The notes under the pieces were generated by a model. It searched no databases, was not told the origin of the DNA, and saw nothing but the letters and a program-made list of their open reading frames with translations. A program made the position numbers and the translations under genes. Below, one piece after another: positions 35,115 to 45,190 of a DNA stretch of 55,322 nucleotides (position 1 is the stretch's first letter; the number at the start of each line of letters is the position of its first letter). Source of the stretch: Candidatus Amesbacteria bacterium (GTDB taxonomy: Bacteria; Patescibacteriota; Microgenomatia; CAZETR01; Amesbacteraceae); contig DAHXMV010000006.1 of the NCBI GenBank assembly GCA_027371535.1, positions 1 to 55,322 of the forward strand, written 5' to 3'.

Positions 35115-37961
35115 TTACTTTAAATAGAAACCGGTGGGAGAATCTTTTATAGCGGCAATCTGAGCGGGAGGACCGCAGCCGATCACCCGGCCGCCATTAT
35201 CCCCTCCTTCAGGGCCCAGTTCGATTATCCAATCCGCGTTTTTAATGACGTCCAAATTATGTTCAATGACGACAACCGTATTGCCGGATGAAACAAGCCG
35301 TTTAAGGACGTTCAACAGTTTTTCCAAATCGGCAAAATGCAAACCCGACGTGGGTTCATCAAGAATATAAAAGGTTTTTCCCGTCGACCGCTTGCTAAGT
35401 TCCGTAGCCAATTTAACCCGCTGGGCTTCGCCGCCCGACAGGCTGGGAGCTGGCTGGCCAAGGTGCATATAACCCAGCCCCACGTCACTTAATGTCTGCA
35501 GTTTTTCCATGGCCACGGGAATAGATTTGAAAAATTCCAGGGATTCTTCCACAGTCAGATTTAAGACATCGGCGATATTTTTACCTTTGTAGTGGACTTC
35601 CAGGGTTTCAGAATTATAACGGGTACCTTTACAGACCTCGCAATTGACATAGACATCGGCCAGGAACTGCATTTCTATCTTTATTTGGCCTTCACCCTGG
35701 CAATTTTCGCAGCGGCCACCACGGATATTAAAGGAAAACCTCCCCGGTTTGTAACCCCTGACCCGGGCTTCCGGAGTCAGGGAAAATAAGTCCCTGATGG
35801 CGGTAAAAAGCCCGGTATAAGTAGCCGGATTTGAACGAGGGGTCCGGCCGATGGGCGACTGGTCTACCAATATGACCCGATTTAGATTTTCCATCCCGGT
35901 GAGAGCTTCATAAGCTCCGGGTTTTTCCCTGTGTTCGGGGTTAAAATTTCTCGACAGAGCATGATAAATAATATCTATTAAAAGGGTGGATTTACCGGAA
36001 CCGGAGACTCCGGCGATGACAATAAATTTTCCCAGGGGGAAATCTACGGAAATATTTTTCAGATTGTGGGCAGCCGCTTTTTTAACGGAAAGATATTTGT
36101 TATTTAACGACGTCTGAAATCCGCTTTTGGCGATCTGAATGTTCTTTTTGTCAGACAGGTACAGGCCGGTCAGAGAATCCGGATTTTTCAGAATCTCCTG
36201 CGGTTTCCCCTCGGCTACCACCCGGCCTCCATGATCGCCGGCTCCGGGACCAAAATCCAGAATATAATCGGAAGACAGCATCATATCCCGATCGTGTTCA
36301 ACCACAATAACGGTATTCCCCAAATCCCGAAGCCGTTTGAGAGTGGATATCAGACGGTCATTATCCCGCTGATGCAAACCGATGGAAGGTTCATCAAGGA
36401 CATAAAGGACTCCGGACAGCCCTGACCCAATCTGGCTGGCAAGACGTATACGCTGGGACTCCCCACCGGCCAAGGTGACAGCCGAACGATCCAAAGTCAG
36501 GTAATCAAGACCTACGGATTTGAGAAAGTTGAGGCGGTTTAAAATTTCTTTTAATATAGGGGTGGCAATTATATTTTCGCGGTCACTTAAATTGCCCAAA
36601 GATGAGAAATAATTCACTGCGTCGACAATGGACCATGAAGTAATATCCATAATGGATTTGGACTCAATAGTGACACTTAAGGCCTCCGGTTTAAGCCGTT
36701 TTCCAAGGCAGTCGGGACATATTTCGGAGCGCATGTATTTTTCTATTTCCATCCTGATAAATTCCGAATCGGTTTGTTTGTAGCGTCTTTCCAGATTGGG
36801 AATGATACCCTCAAAAGACCCAACCTCACCCCCATCATTTTTGTTCCCATACAATAAAGTATGTTTTTGATCTTTGGTTAATTCGCCAATGGGGACGCGG
36901 ATGGGTACAAATCCGGCCACTTTCTGGGCAAACCAGGAATCATAAGCAAAGGTATTGGCATAGGGCAGAATCCCGCCTTCCGATATAGTCAGACGGGGAT
37001 TTAATATCAATTGTTCATCGATTTTTAATAAACTGCCCAGCCCCGTACATGTAGGACAGGCGCCCTGGGGGGAATTAAAGGAAAATAACCGGGGTTCAAT
37101 ATCACCAATAGCAAGATTGTCGACCGGACAGGCAAATTTTTCAGAAAATAGCCGGTCTTCCAAATTTTGCGGTTTGGAAGGCAGATCAAAAGATTTATCT
37201 TTAACTTCCGAAAGAATCATCAAGCCTTCGGACAATTTGGTGGCACTTTCCACCCCGTCAAACAGCCTGGTACGGAGAGGATTGCGATCTTCCTGAAAAG
37301 TTTTTTTGTCCACTATAATCCGGTCGACAACAACATCTATGGAATGTTTATTGTTTTTTAACAGGAGAATGTCTTCATCGAGGCCGATAATGCGGTGATC
37401 GACACGGACCTGGGTAAAACCTTTTTGCCTCAGAGACGTAAATAATTCCGTATATTCGCCCTTTCTTTCACGAATGATGGGGGATAGCAATAAAAAGCGA
37501 TAATTTTTGGAAGTTTTTAAAGCTTCCTCTGCCCCGGACAGTATCTGATCCACTATCTGCTGAACGGAAAATTGGGCAATTTCCCGGCCACATATCGGAC
37601 AATGAGGGTGGCCAATGCGTGCAAAAAGCAATCTTAAATAATCGTAAATTTCCGTTACGGTACCCACAGTAGACCGCGGATTGTGGGAAGCAGATTTCTG
37701 GTCTATGGAGATGGCAGGCGACAAACCTTCGATGTGATCAACATCGGGTTTATCCATGACACCCAGAAACTGGCGGGCATAGGAACTTAAAGATTCCACG
37801 TAGCGGCGCTGTCCTTCGGCGTAAATCGTGTCAAAAGCCAGGGAACTTTTACCGGAACCGGATAATCCGGTAAAGACCACCAGTTTATTTTTGGGGATGG
37901 AAACATTGATGTTTTTGAGATTATGTTCCCGTGCCCCGCGGATAATAATCTGATCATTCAT
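35115..37961 (-). CDS. uvrA: Excinuclease ABC subunit A
   Basis: GAREHNLKN, two Walker A motifs ([16 protein letters not shown]), zinc fingers, LSGGEAQR. Confidence 0.99.
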   Translation of the reverse strand: MNDQIIIRGAREHNLKNINVSIPKNKLVVFTGLSGSGKSSLAFDTIYAEGQRRYVESLSSYARQFLGVMDKPDVDHIEGLSPAISIDQKSASHNPRSTVGTVTEIYDYLRLLFARIGHPHCPICGREIAQFSVQQIVDQILSGAEEALKTSKNYRFLLLSPIIRERKGEYTELFTSLRQKGFTQVRVDHRIIGLDEDILLLKNNKHSIDVVVDRIIVDKKTFQEDRNPLRTRLFDGVESATKLSEGLMILSEVKDKSFDLPSKPQNLEDRLFSEKFACPVDNLAIGDIEPRLFSFNSPQGACPTCTGLGSLLKIDEQLILNPRLTISEGGILPYANTFAYDSWFAQKVAGFVPIRVPIGELTKDQKHTLLYGNKNDGGEVGSFEGIIPNLERRYKQTDSEFIRMEIEKYMRSEICPDCLGKRLKPEALSVTIESKSIMDITSWSIVDAVNYFSSLGNLSDRENIIATPILKEILNRLNFLKSVGLDYLTLDRSAVTLAGGESQRIRLASQIGSGLSGVLYVLDEPSIGLHQRDNDRLISTLKRLRDLGNTVIVVEHDRDMMLSSDYILDFGPGAGDHGGRVVAEGKPQEILKNPDSLTGLYLSDKKNIQIAKSGFQTSLNNKYLSVKKAAAHNLKNISVDFPLGKFIVIAGVSGSGKSTLLIDIIYHALSRNFNPEHREKPGAYEALTGMENLNRVILVDQSPIGRTPRSNPATYTGLFTAIRDLFSLTPEARVRGYKPGRFSFNIRGGRCENCQGEGQIKIEMQFLADVYVNCEVCKGTRYNSETLEVHYKGKNIADVLNLTVEESLEFFKSIPVAMEKLQTLSDVGLGYMHLGQPAPSLSGGEAQRVKLATELSKRSTGKTFYILDEPTSGLHFADLEKLLNVLKRLVSSGNTVVVIEHNLDVIKNADWIIELGPEGGDNGGRVIGCGPPAQIAAIKDSPTGFYLK

Positions 37962-37970
37962 AGAACAGCC

Positions 37971-37996
37971 ATCCTTCGTTTCACTCAGGATAAACT
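37971..37996. repeat. REP-like palindromic element in the uvrA leader
   Basis: atccttcgtttcactcaggataaact. Its core ttcgtttcactca matches ttcgcttcactca at 25140-25152. Confidence 0.6.
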
Positions 37997-38005
37997 AAAG
38001 TTTAA

Positions 38006-38034
38006 ATTTTAGGCCAGTTTCGGGTTTTGTTCAA
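38006..38034 (-). promoter_or_regulatory. uvrA sigma70 promoter with overlapping candidate LexA site
   Basis: Minus strand reads TTGAAC-17bp-TAAAAT. Plus strand has TTCGG-N6-TTCAA at 38019-38034. Confidence 0.6.
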
Positions 38035-38053
38035 GAGACGGTAAAAGTCGAAT

Positions 38054-38197
38054 CTACTTCTTTTCCTGCTGACGATGCTGTTTGAGGCAAGGATTTTCAA
38101 CTTGTGGCGGTGGACGGATGGGGATTTTTGGTTTTTCAGGTATTTTATCAGCAATTTTTTTAGGATCGCGCGGACTTTCGATTATGCTTGGAGCCAT
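38054..38197 (-). CDS. Candidate small Pro/Lys-rich protein (47 aa)
   Basis: MAPSIIESPRDPKKIADKIPEKPKIPIRPPPQVENPCLKQHRQQEKK*, co-oriented between uvrB and uvrA. Confidence 0.4.
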   Translation of the reverse strand: MAPSIIESPRDPKKIADKIPEKPKIPIRPPPQVENPCLKQHRQQEKK

Positions 38198-38241
38198 ATT
38201 TCTTATATAAACCTGCCGGGCAACTTAATCAAGTGGAATTT

Positions 38242-40308
38242 TCAGGCTATCTGCTTTATTTCCATAATCCGGTCGCGGATTTTGGCAGCCAATTCAAAGT
38301 CCAACTCCTTGGCAGCTTTATGCATTTGGGTGACCATCATGTTGATCAGCTTCCGGGTATCAAACGGGGTCAGCTGCCGGACTAATTTCATATCCAGATC
38401 AGCCACCGAATCGGACTTGCCCCGGAGAATTTGTCCGGGGTCCAGCTGAACAGGCGACTCCGGCAGAATTTCCACAATCCTGTCCCTCAGGGGTTTGGTA
38501 ATGGAAACGGGAGTAATATGATGGGAAAGATTATATTTGATCTGGATTTCGCGGCGCCTCTGAACTTCTTCAATGGCATTTTTCATGGAATCGGTGAACC
38601 TGTCGGCATACATAATCACCTGACCGTCAATATGCCTGGCCGCCCGGCCCATAGTCTGAATCAGACTGGTTCTGGAGCGTAAAAAACCTTCCTTATCGGC
38701 ATCCAGAATCGCTACCAGGGAAACTTCCGGGAGGTCCAAACCTTCGCGTAACAGATTGATACCCACGATCACATCGTAAGTGCCCGATCTGAGATCGGAA
38801 AGAATATCCAGCCTTTCCAAAGTCACTATTTCAGAATGCAGGTAATGGACGCGGATATCTTTTTCCTGAAGAAATACAGATAAATCTTCAGCCATCCTTT
38901 TGGTGAGAGTGGTCACCAAAACGCGTTGTTTTTTTGCCACCCGGGCGGCAATCTCGCGGATCAAATCATCAATCTGGCCGGCGGTGGGACGGACGGAGAC
39001 ATCCGGATCGACCAAACCGGTCGGCCGGATGAGCTGCTCGACAACATGGGTTTCAGAAAGGGAGATCTCCCAGTCATCCGGAGTAGCGGATGTATATATG
39101 GTATTGCCCATACGGCGCTGAAATTCTTCAAATTTCAGCGGCCGGTTATCCAGGGCGCTGGGGAGGCGGAAACCGAAATCAATCAGGGTTCTTTTCCTGG
39201 CCTGATCGCCGTTATACATACCCCGGATTTGGGGAACGGTGATGTGGGATTCGTCGATAATCAACAAATAGTCTTTAGGAAAATAGTCCATCAGAGAATA
39301 AGGAGCTTCGCCGGGTTTGCGGCCGTCAAAGTAACGGGAATAATTTTCTATGCCGTTGACATAACCCAGTTCCTGAATCATTTCCAGGTCATAATTAACC
39401 CGCTGATTTAATCTGTGGGCTTCCAGGATTTTATTCTGAGAAGTTAATAAACCGACCTGATTTTTCAGATCGCGGCGGATTTGGTCAAAACTGACGGCAT
39501 AGCTGGCCCGGTCCGAGATATAATGCTTGGCCGGAAAGACGGTCAGACTTTTATAAGATCCCGGCGGGGGATGAAGAAGACAGGTATCCGGGGACGGAGA
39601 AAGAATATCTCCGGTGAGGGCGTTTATTTTTTCAAGTTTGGTAACCCGGTCCAGATGATAATGGATCCGGACAGCCGTATCTTCATAAGCCGGGTAGATA
39701 TCGATAATATCGCCCCTGACCCGATAGGTGCCCCGATGAAAGTCATAATCGGACCGGACGTACTGTAAATCATTTAAACGCATGACAATTTGATTGCGGG
39801 TGACTTTTAAGCCCTCGGCCAGTTCCAGTACGGATTTTCCATATTCCACCGGCGAACCCAGATTATAAATGCAGGAAACCGATGCCACGACGATAGTATC
39901 TTTACGGGTCAGCAAATTGGTAGTGGCAGCCAGACGGAGCTTGTCGATTTCGTCGTTGATATCCGTTTCCTTTTCGATGTATGTGTCCGTCTGGGGAATA
40001 TAAGCTTCCGGTTGGTAATAATCGTAATATGAGACAAAATAGGAAACGGCGTTATCAGGAAAATAATCCCTGAATTCCTGATAGAGCTGGGCGGCGAGGG
40101 TTTTGTTATGGGAGATGATCAGAGTGGGTTTTTGGATAGCCTGGATGACATTGGCCATGGTAAATGTTTTACCGGAACCGGTAACCCCAAGTAAAACCTG
40201 ATGCTTTTGGCCGGCTTTTATGCCATCCACAAGTTTGACGATGGCATGCGGCTGATCGCCTGTCGGCTGGTATGATGAAACCAGATGAAAATTATCAGGA
40301 CTTGACAT
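38242..40308 (-). CDS. uvrB: Excinuclease ABC subunit B
   Basis: PTGDQP, LGVTGSGKTF, YFVSYYDYYQPEAY, DESH, C-terminal UVR domain. Confidence 0.99.
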   Translation of the reverse strand: MSSPDNFHLVSSYQPTGDQPHAIVKLVDGIKAGQKHQVLLGVTGSGKTFTMANVIQAIQKPTLIISHNKTLAAQLYQEFRDYFPDNAVSYFVSYYDYYQPEAYIPQTDTYIEKETDINDEIDKLRLAATTNLLTRKDTIVVASVSCIYNLGSPVEYGKSVLELAEGLKVTRNQIVMRLNDLQYVRSDYDFHRGTYRVRGDIIDIYPAYEDTAVRIHYHLDRVTKLEKINALTGDILSPSPDTCLLHPPPGSYKSLTVFPAKHYISDRASYAVSFDQIRRDLKNQVGLLTSQNKILEAHRLNQRVNYDLEMIQELGYVNGIENYSRYFDGRKPGEAPYSLMDYFPKDYLLIIDESHITVPQIRGMYNGDQARKRTLIDFGFRLPSALDNRPLKFEEFQRRMGNTIYTSATPDDWEISLSETHVVEQLIRPTGLVDPDVSVRPTAGQIDDLIREIAARVAKKQRVLVTTLTKRMAEDLSVFLQEKDIRVHYLHSEIVTLERLDILSDLRSGTYDVIVGINLLREGLDLPEVSLVAILDADKEGFLRSRTSLIQTMGRAARHIDGQVIMYADRFTDSMKNAIEEVQRRREIQIKYNLSHHITPVSITKPLRDRIVEILPESPVQLDPGQILRGKSDSVADLDMKLVRQLTPFDTRKLINMMVTQMHKAAKELDFELAAKIRDRIMEIKQIA

Positions 40309-40331
40309 TTGGGTATTATTCGGGTTAGATT
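40302..40331 (+). promoter_or_regulatory. lexA promoter with candidate operator
   Basis: TTGACA(40302-07)-18bp-TAGATT(40326-31), ATG 6 nt later. TTTGG-N6-TTCGG (40308-40323) lies in the spacer. Confidence 0.6.
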
Positions 40332-40337
40332 ATAACT

Positions 40338-40979
40338 ATGCCGGTAACGCTGTACAACAGGCAAAGACAGATTTTGGATTTTATCTCCCAGTACATCCAG
40401 GCCAATGGTTATTCCCCCACCCTGCAGGAAATTGCCAGAGCTCTGGGAGTAAGTTCGCTGGCCACAGTCCATGAACACCTGCAGGCAATGGAAAAAAAAG
40501 GCATCATTAAAAAGTATGAAGGCTCAGTAAGGGGAATAGAAATTCTGGATAAAAAAACGGCTCAAAGAAGCCAAAGCGAGACGGCTATTGAACTGCCGGT
40601 ATTGGGGTTTATTGCCGCCGGCCAGCCAATCGAACCGTACACTGATCCAAATGCCACTTACGGGGTTCCGCCGTCGATGATAAATACCAAAAAACGCTGT
40701 TTCGTCCTCCAGGTAAAAGGTGATTCGATGATTGAGGCGGGTATTTATGATAAGGATTATGTGGTTATAGAGCAGACGGAAACGGCCAATAACGGGGATG
40801 TGGTGGTCGCCCTGCTGGATAACGGATTTGCGACCTTAAAAAGATTTTTTAAGGAAGCCACCAGGGTGAGGCTGGAGCCGGCCAATTCAACCATGTCCCC
40901 GATCTTTGTGTCGGGAGACAAAGTCAGAATTCAGGGAAGGTGTGTGGGAGTGATCAGAAAATTCGGATACAGCAACTAA
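40338..40979 (+). CDS. lexA: SOS repressor LexA
   Basis: wHTH (SPTLQEIA...SLATVHEHL), IAAG cleavage site, GDSM Ser, TLKRF Lys. Confidence 0.97.
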   Translation: MPVTLYNRQRQILDFISQYIQANGYSPTLQEIARALGVSSLATVHEHLQAMEKKGIIKKYEGSVRGIEILDKKTAQRSQSETAIELPVLGFIAAGQPIEPYTDPNATYGVPPSMINTKKRCFVLQVKGDSMIEAGIYDKDYVVIEQTETANNGDVVVALLDNGFATLKRFFKEATRVRLEPANSTMSPIFVSGDKVRIQGRCVGVIRKFGYSN

Positions 40980-40984
40980 AATAT

Positions 40985-41623
40985 TTAAGGAGATTTCCGG
41001 TGCTGCCTGACCGATTCCAAAATTGCCGGAATAACTGAAATTATGATTATGACAAGGATAACCAAGGAAAAATTATGCTTGACGAAAGACACATTGCCGA
41101 AAAAGTAACCCAGAAAAGTAAATAAACCCACCCAGCACAGGCCGCCGGCCAGGTTATAGAAGATAAATTTGCCGTAGTGCATCCTGCCGATGCCAGCGAC
41201 AAAAGGGGCAAAAGTGCGGATAAACGGTACGAAACGGGCCAGAAATATGGTTTTACCGCCGTGCTTTTCAAAAAAGGCGTTGGTTTGGGCAATGTGCTCC
41301 TTTTTAAGGGGAATTTTGGGGTTGGCAATGATTTTTTCACCGAAAAAATGGCCTATCCAATAATTGGCCGTGTCACCCAGGACGGCCGCAGCTGCCAAAA
41401 TGATAAATATTAAAAATGGATTCAAAGAACCAACAGCAGCCAGTGCCCCGGCGGCAAATATCAGACTGTCGCCCGGCAGAAACGGGGTGACAACCAGACC
41501 GGTTTCAATAAAAATAATCAGGAACATGAAAGCGTAGACCAGATAACCATAATGTCCGATTAAATCCGAAAGATGAATATCTATGTGGAGTATAAAATCG
41601 AATAAATACCTTATAATCTGCAT
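40985..41623 (-). CDS. dedA: DedA family membrane protein
   Basis: ETGLVVTPFLPGDSL and ARFVPFIRTFAPFVAG motifs. Confidence 0.96.
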   Translation of the reverse strand: MQIIRYLFDFILHIDIHLSDLIGHYGYLVYAFMFLIIFIETGLVVTPFLPGDSLIFAAGALAAVGSLNPFLIFIILAAAAVLGDTANYWIGHFFGEKIIANPKIPLKKEHIAQTNAFFEKHGGKTIFLARFVPFIRTFAPFVAGIGRMHYGKFIFYNLAGGLCWVGLFTFLGYFFGNVSFVKHNFSLVILVIIIISVIPAILESVRQHRKSP

Positions 41624-42277
41624 ATGGGAAGATTATATGTGGTAGCCACACCGATTGGCAACCTGGAAGATATCACCATCAGGGCGATAAAAACCCTGTT
41701 AACAGTCCCGGTAATTGCCTGCGAAGATACACGCCGGACAGGACAACTTATAAAAATACTGCAAGATAAATTTAATTTTCTAATTGACCTAATTGACCTA
41801 AATCACAAGAAATTTATTTCCGTCAGGGACTGGAATGAGGAAAGGCAGGTAGCGGAAGTCATGCAACTTTTAAAAACCGGGGATGCGGCTTTGGTTTCCG
41901 ATGCCGGCACTCCCCTATTATCAGATCCGGGTTTTAAAATAGTCCGGCAAGCCAGGGAAGAAGGGATTCAGGTGATTCCGGTTCCGGGTCCGTTTGCCGG
42001 TGCGACGGCCGTATCGGCCTCGGGACTGCCGACAAACAAAATAATGTTTTGGGGGTTTTTACCGAAGAAATATGATTTGATTCCGAATTCCACAAATATT
42101 ATTTACGAATCCCCATACAGATCAAATAAGCTGATGGCAGATATCAGGAGCAGATATCCGGATGCCCGGATAGTAATAGGACGCGAATTAACTAAAATTT
42201 ACGAGTATATCGGTCCCGATGACGGCAAGACATCCAAGGGGGAAATAACAATATTAGTTTATTTACCCCAGGTGTGA
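41624..42277 (+). CDS. rsmI: 16S rRNA C1402 2'-O-methyltransferase RsmI
   Basis: LYVVATPIGNLEDIT, LVSDAGTPLLSDPG, YESPYR and RELTKIYE motifs. Confidence 0.95.
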   Translation: MGRLYVVATPIGNLEDITIRAIKTLLTVPVIACEDTRRTGQLIKILQDKFNFLIDLIDLNHKKFISVRDWNEERQVAEVMQLLKTGDAALVSDAGTPLLSDPGFKIVRQAREEGIQVIPVPGPFAGATAVSASGLPTNKIMFWGFLPKKYDLIPNSTNIIYESPYRSNKLMADIRSRYPDARIVIGRELTKIYEYIGPDDGKTSKGEITILVYLPQV

Positions 42278-43915
42278 GGTGAGAAGAAGATTCCGCCCGT
42301 TCATAGAAAGCGGCAGGGGGATTTGCATGATGGAAAGGAGAGTGGGAGAAATATCGGCGGAAATTCCCTGGGGGATCTGCTGGCCGGTCTGGTAATCATT
42401 ACCGACGATGATAAACGGGACCGGATTGGCGTTGTGTTCGGTATCCACTTCATGAGTGGACATATTGATCATTTCCTCGGCATTTCCGTGGTCGGCCGTG
42501 ATGACCAACACCCCGCCGACTTCCAGGAGAACCGGATAGACCTGGCCAATACAGGTATCGACCACTTCCACGGCTTTAATTGCCGCCTGAAGATTACCGG
42601 TATGGGCAACCATATCCGGATTGGCATAATTGATGACGATAAAATCATATCTCCCTGACCGGATTTCGGAAATCAGACGGGGGGTGGTTTCGAAAGCCGA
42701 CATTTCAGGCTTTTTGTCATAGGTGGACACTTTGGGGGAAGGGATGATAATCCGGGTTTCATGGGGAAAAGGATCTTCCCTGAGACCATTAAAATAATAG
42801 GTGACAAACCTTTCTTTTTCCGATTCTGCCATACGAAGCTGCATCAAACCCTGATCGGAGATTACCTTACCGATGGGTGTTTCCACCCCCAGCGGAGGAA
42901 AGGCGATGTGAACCGGGAGATTTTTTTCATATTCGGTCATGGTAACGAAAAATAAATCGGGAATTTTAACGCCCCTGGTAAAGGGTTTCTGTTTACTTAT
43001 CTGATTGGCATCAATTTCGTGTTTTTTCGTAAATTCAATAGCGTAGGGATCGAAACCAATTATATTGGCCGTATTTTTAAAGTCGTCCAGGGTAAAAGCC
43101 TTGGTTAATTCTCGGGGGCGATCGATTCGAAAATTAACAAACACTACAGAATCTCCAGCTTTTACGACTGCGGTTGGCTGACTTGAATTGCCGGTAATGA
43201 CAGTCGGTTCCACGAATTCATCGGTATGCCCGGCGGCATATGACTGGGATATGGCAGTATCGATATTCGGAGCCGTCAGACCTGCCCCTTCAGTAAGGCA
43301 GCGATAGGCTTTTTGTATCCGGTCCCAGCGAAAATCCCTGTCCATGGCATAGTATCTGCCCATAACCGTTGCAATCAGACCGACGCCTTCGCGGGACATG
43401 ACAGTTTCCAGCTGATGAATGTAAGTCAAGGAAGATGTAGGCGGACTATCGCGGCCGTCGGTGAAGAGATGTAAAAAAACCTGAGTCAGTTGCTGTTCAT
43501 GACAAAAACGCAGCAGAGCATAAAAATGAGATAGATCAGAATGAACTCCGCCTCCGCCGATCAAACCAAGGATATGGAATTGAGAAGAGTGCTCTTTAAC
43601 ATGCTTGGCGGCCTGAACAAGGGAAAGATTTTGGAAAAAACTGCCGTCGGCAATGGACATGTTTATTCTGGGCAGATCCTGATAGACAATACTGCCAGCA
43701 CCAATATTCAGATGTCCGGTTTCGGTATTTCCCGGTTCACGCTTGGGCAAACCCACAGATTCACCATGGGCTATCAGCTGGGTATGAACATATTTTTGCC
43801 AGAGGTAAGACATTACCGGAGTTTTGGCCAGGGTAATGGCATTACCGGGACCCGGAGGAGCTATCCCCCATCCGTCTAAAATTGCCAATACTACCGGTTT
43901 TGGTCTGACTGACAT
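42263..43915 (-). CDS. gpmI: 2,3-BPG-independent phosphoglycerate mutase
   Basis: ILDGWG, GNTETGH, TDGRD, NPDMVAHTG and TADHGNAE motifs. Confidence 0.97.
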   Translation of the reverse strand: MSVRPKPVVLAILDGWGIAPPGPGNAITLAKTPVMSYLWQKYVHTQLIAHGESVGLPKREPGNTETGHLNIGAGSIVYQDLPRINMSIADGSFFQNLSLVQAAKHVKEHSSQFHILGLIGGGGVHSDLSHFYALLRFCHEQQLTQVFLHLFTDGRDSPPTSSLTYIHQLETVMSREGVGLIATVMGRYYAMDRDFRWDRIQKAYRCLTEGAGLTAPNIDTAISQSYAAGHTDEFVEPTVITGNSSQPTAVVKAGDSVVFVNFRIDRPRELTKAFTLDDFKNTANIIGFDPYAIEFTKKHEIDANQISKQKPFTRGVKIPDLFFVTMTEYEKNLPVHIAFPPLGVETPIGKVISDQGLMQLRMAESEKERFVTYYFNGLREDPFPHETRIIIPSPKVSTYDKKPEMSAFETTPRLISEIRSGRYDFIVINYANPDMVAHTGNLQAAIKAVEVVDTCIGQVYPVLLEVGGVLVITADHGNAEEMINMSTHEVDTEHNANPVPFIIVGNDYQTGQQIPQGISADISPTLLSIMQIPLPLSMNGRNLLLTSHLG

Positions 43916-43924
43916 ACAGTTTGA

Positions 43925-45181
43925 TCAGACGATACCCAATTCGTTTTCGATAGCCAAAAATCGATTATATTTAACCACTCTTTCACCCCTGGCAGGAGCC
44001 CCGAACTTGGCATAATCAGATCCGACCCCGACGGCAAAATCAGCAATAAAAGTATCGACCGTTTCTCCCGAACGATGAGACACATTAATTTTCCAATTAG
44101 CTGCCCTGGCCTGCTTGACCACGGCTATAGTTTCGGAAACCGTGCCAATCTGATTGGGTTTTATAATTATCCCATTACAGCTTTTCTCATTGATGGCTTT
44201 GACCACACGGTCTTTATTGGTAACCAATAAATCGTCACCGACTATGGTGGTGTTGGCACCCAATTCCTGAGTGAGATTAGACCAATTTTTCCAATCATCT
44301 TCGGTTAAAGGGTCTTCCAGCAACCGGAGGTGATATTGGCTGTTTAAATCTCTGAGGTAGTCAATAAAATCCCCGGCGTCCATGGGACTTGAACGGTCTT
44401 TGATGGTGTATTTACCATCATTAAAAAAAGAATTGGCAGCGACGTCCAATCCCAGTTCCACGTCCACAGTCGGTTTTTTATGGCATTCTGTAATCGATTC
44501 AACCAGGATTTCCAGAGCATCGAGATTGGTAAACAAATTCGGGGCAAACCCACCCTCGTCACCGACGCTGTGAATGGCCCCGCGGCGGGACAGTAATTTT
44601 TTGATCGTCTGATAGATCTCCACTCCGGTTTCCAGCATGGAAGCAAATGTACCTTTCCGGGAAGGCATGACATGAAATTCCTGGAAATCCAAATTGCCGG
44701 CACCATGTTTTCCGCCATTGATCATATTAAACACCGGTATAGGTATGAACAGTTTATTTTTATTGTCTGACAGCATGGCAATATATTTATACAAAGGGAG
44801 TTTCGAAGATAAAGCTAAAGCTTTGGTAAAAGCCATGGAAACCCCAAGGATAGCGTTGGCACCCAGATTGGCTTTGTTGGGCGTACCGTCCAGCCTGATC
44901 AGGAACTGATCCAAATCCAAGGTACTGTTGAAACTCTGCCCGGCAATAGCTTTGTTTATGACATTGTTTACATTTCCGGCAGCTTTCAGCATCCCCTTGC
45001 CAAAATATCTGGTGTTGTCGCCGTCTCTCAACTCGACCGCTTCCGAGGTACCGGTGGAAGTTCCCGAAGGTACGGAAGACATACCAAAACTACCATCTTC
45101 AAGTATGGCAATAACTTCCAGAGTTGGATTGGAACGGGAATCCAATATCTCCCGACCAAATATCCGATTTATTTTCGGCAT
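43925..45181 (-). CDS. eno: Enolase
   Basis: REILDSRSNPT, VGDEGGFAP, IKPNQIG and SHRSGET motifs. Confidence 0.98.
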   Translation of the reverse strand: MPKINRIFGREILDSRSNPTLEVIAILEDGSFGMSSVPSGTSTGTSEAVELRDGDNTRYFGKGMLKAAGNVNNVINKAIAGQSFNSTLDLDQFLIRLDGTPNKANLGANAILGVSMAFTKALALSSKLPLYKYIAMLSDNKNKLFIPIPVFNMINGGKHGAGNLDFQEFHVMPSRKGTFASMLETGVEIYQTIKKLLSRRGAIHSVGDEGGFAPNLFTNLDALEILVESITECHKKPTVDVELGLDVAANSFFNDGKYTIKDRSSPMDAGDFIDYLRDLNSQYHLRLLEDPLTEDDWKNWSNLTQELGANTTIVGDDLLVTNKDRVVKAINEKSCNGIIIKPNQIGTVSETIAVVKQARAANWKINVSHRSGETVDTFIADFAVGVGSDYAKFGAPARGERVVKYNRFLAIENELGIV

Positions 45182-45190
45182 GATTATTTT

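Noticed and set aside
37991-38004. TAAAC-TAAA-GTTTA palindrome as a Firmicutes-type SOS box
   Set aside because: Its left half belongs to the end of the REP-like element, and no equivalent exists at the lexA promoter.
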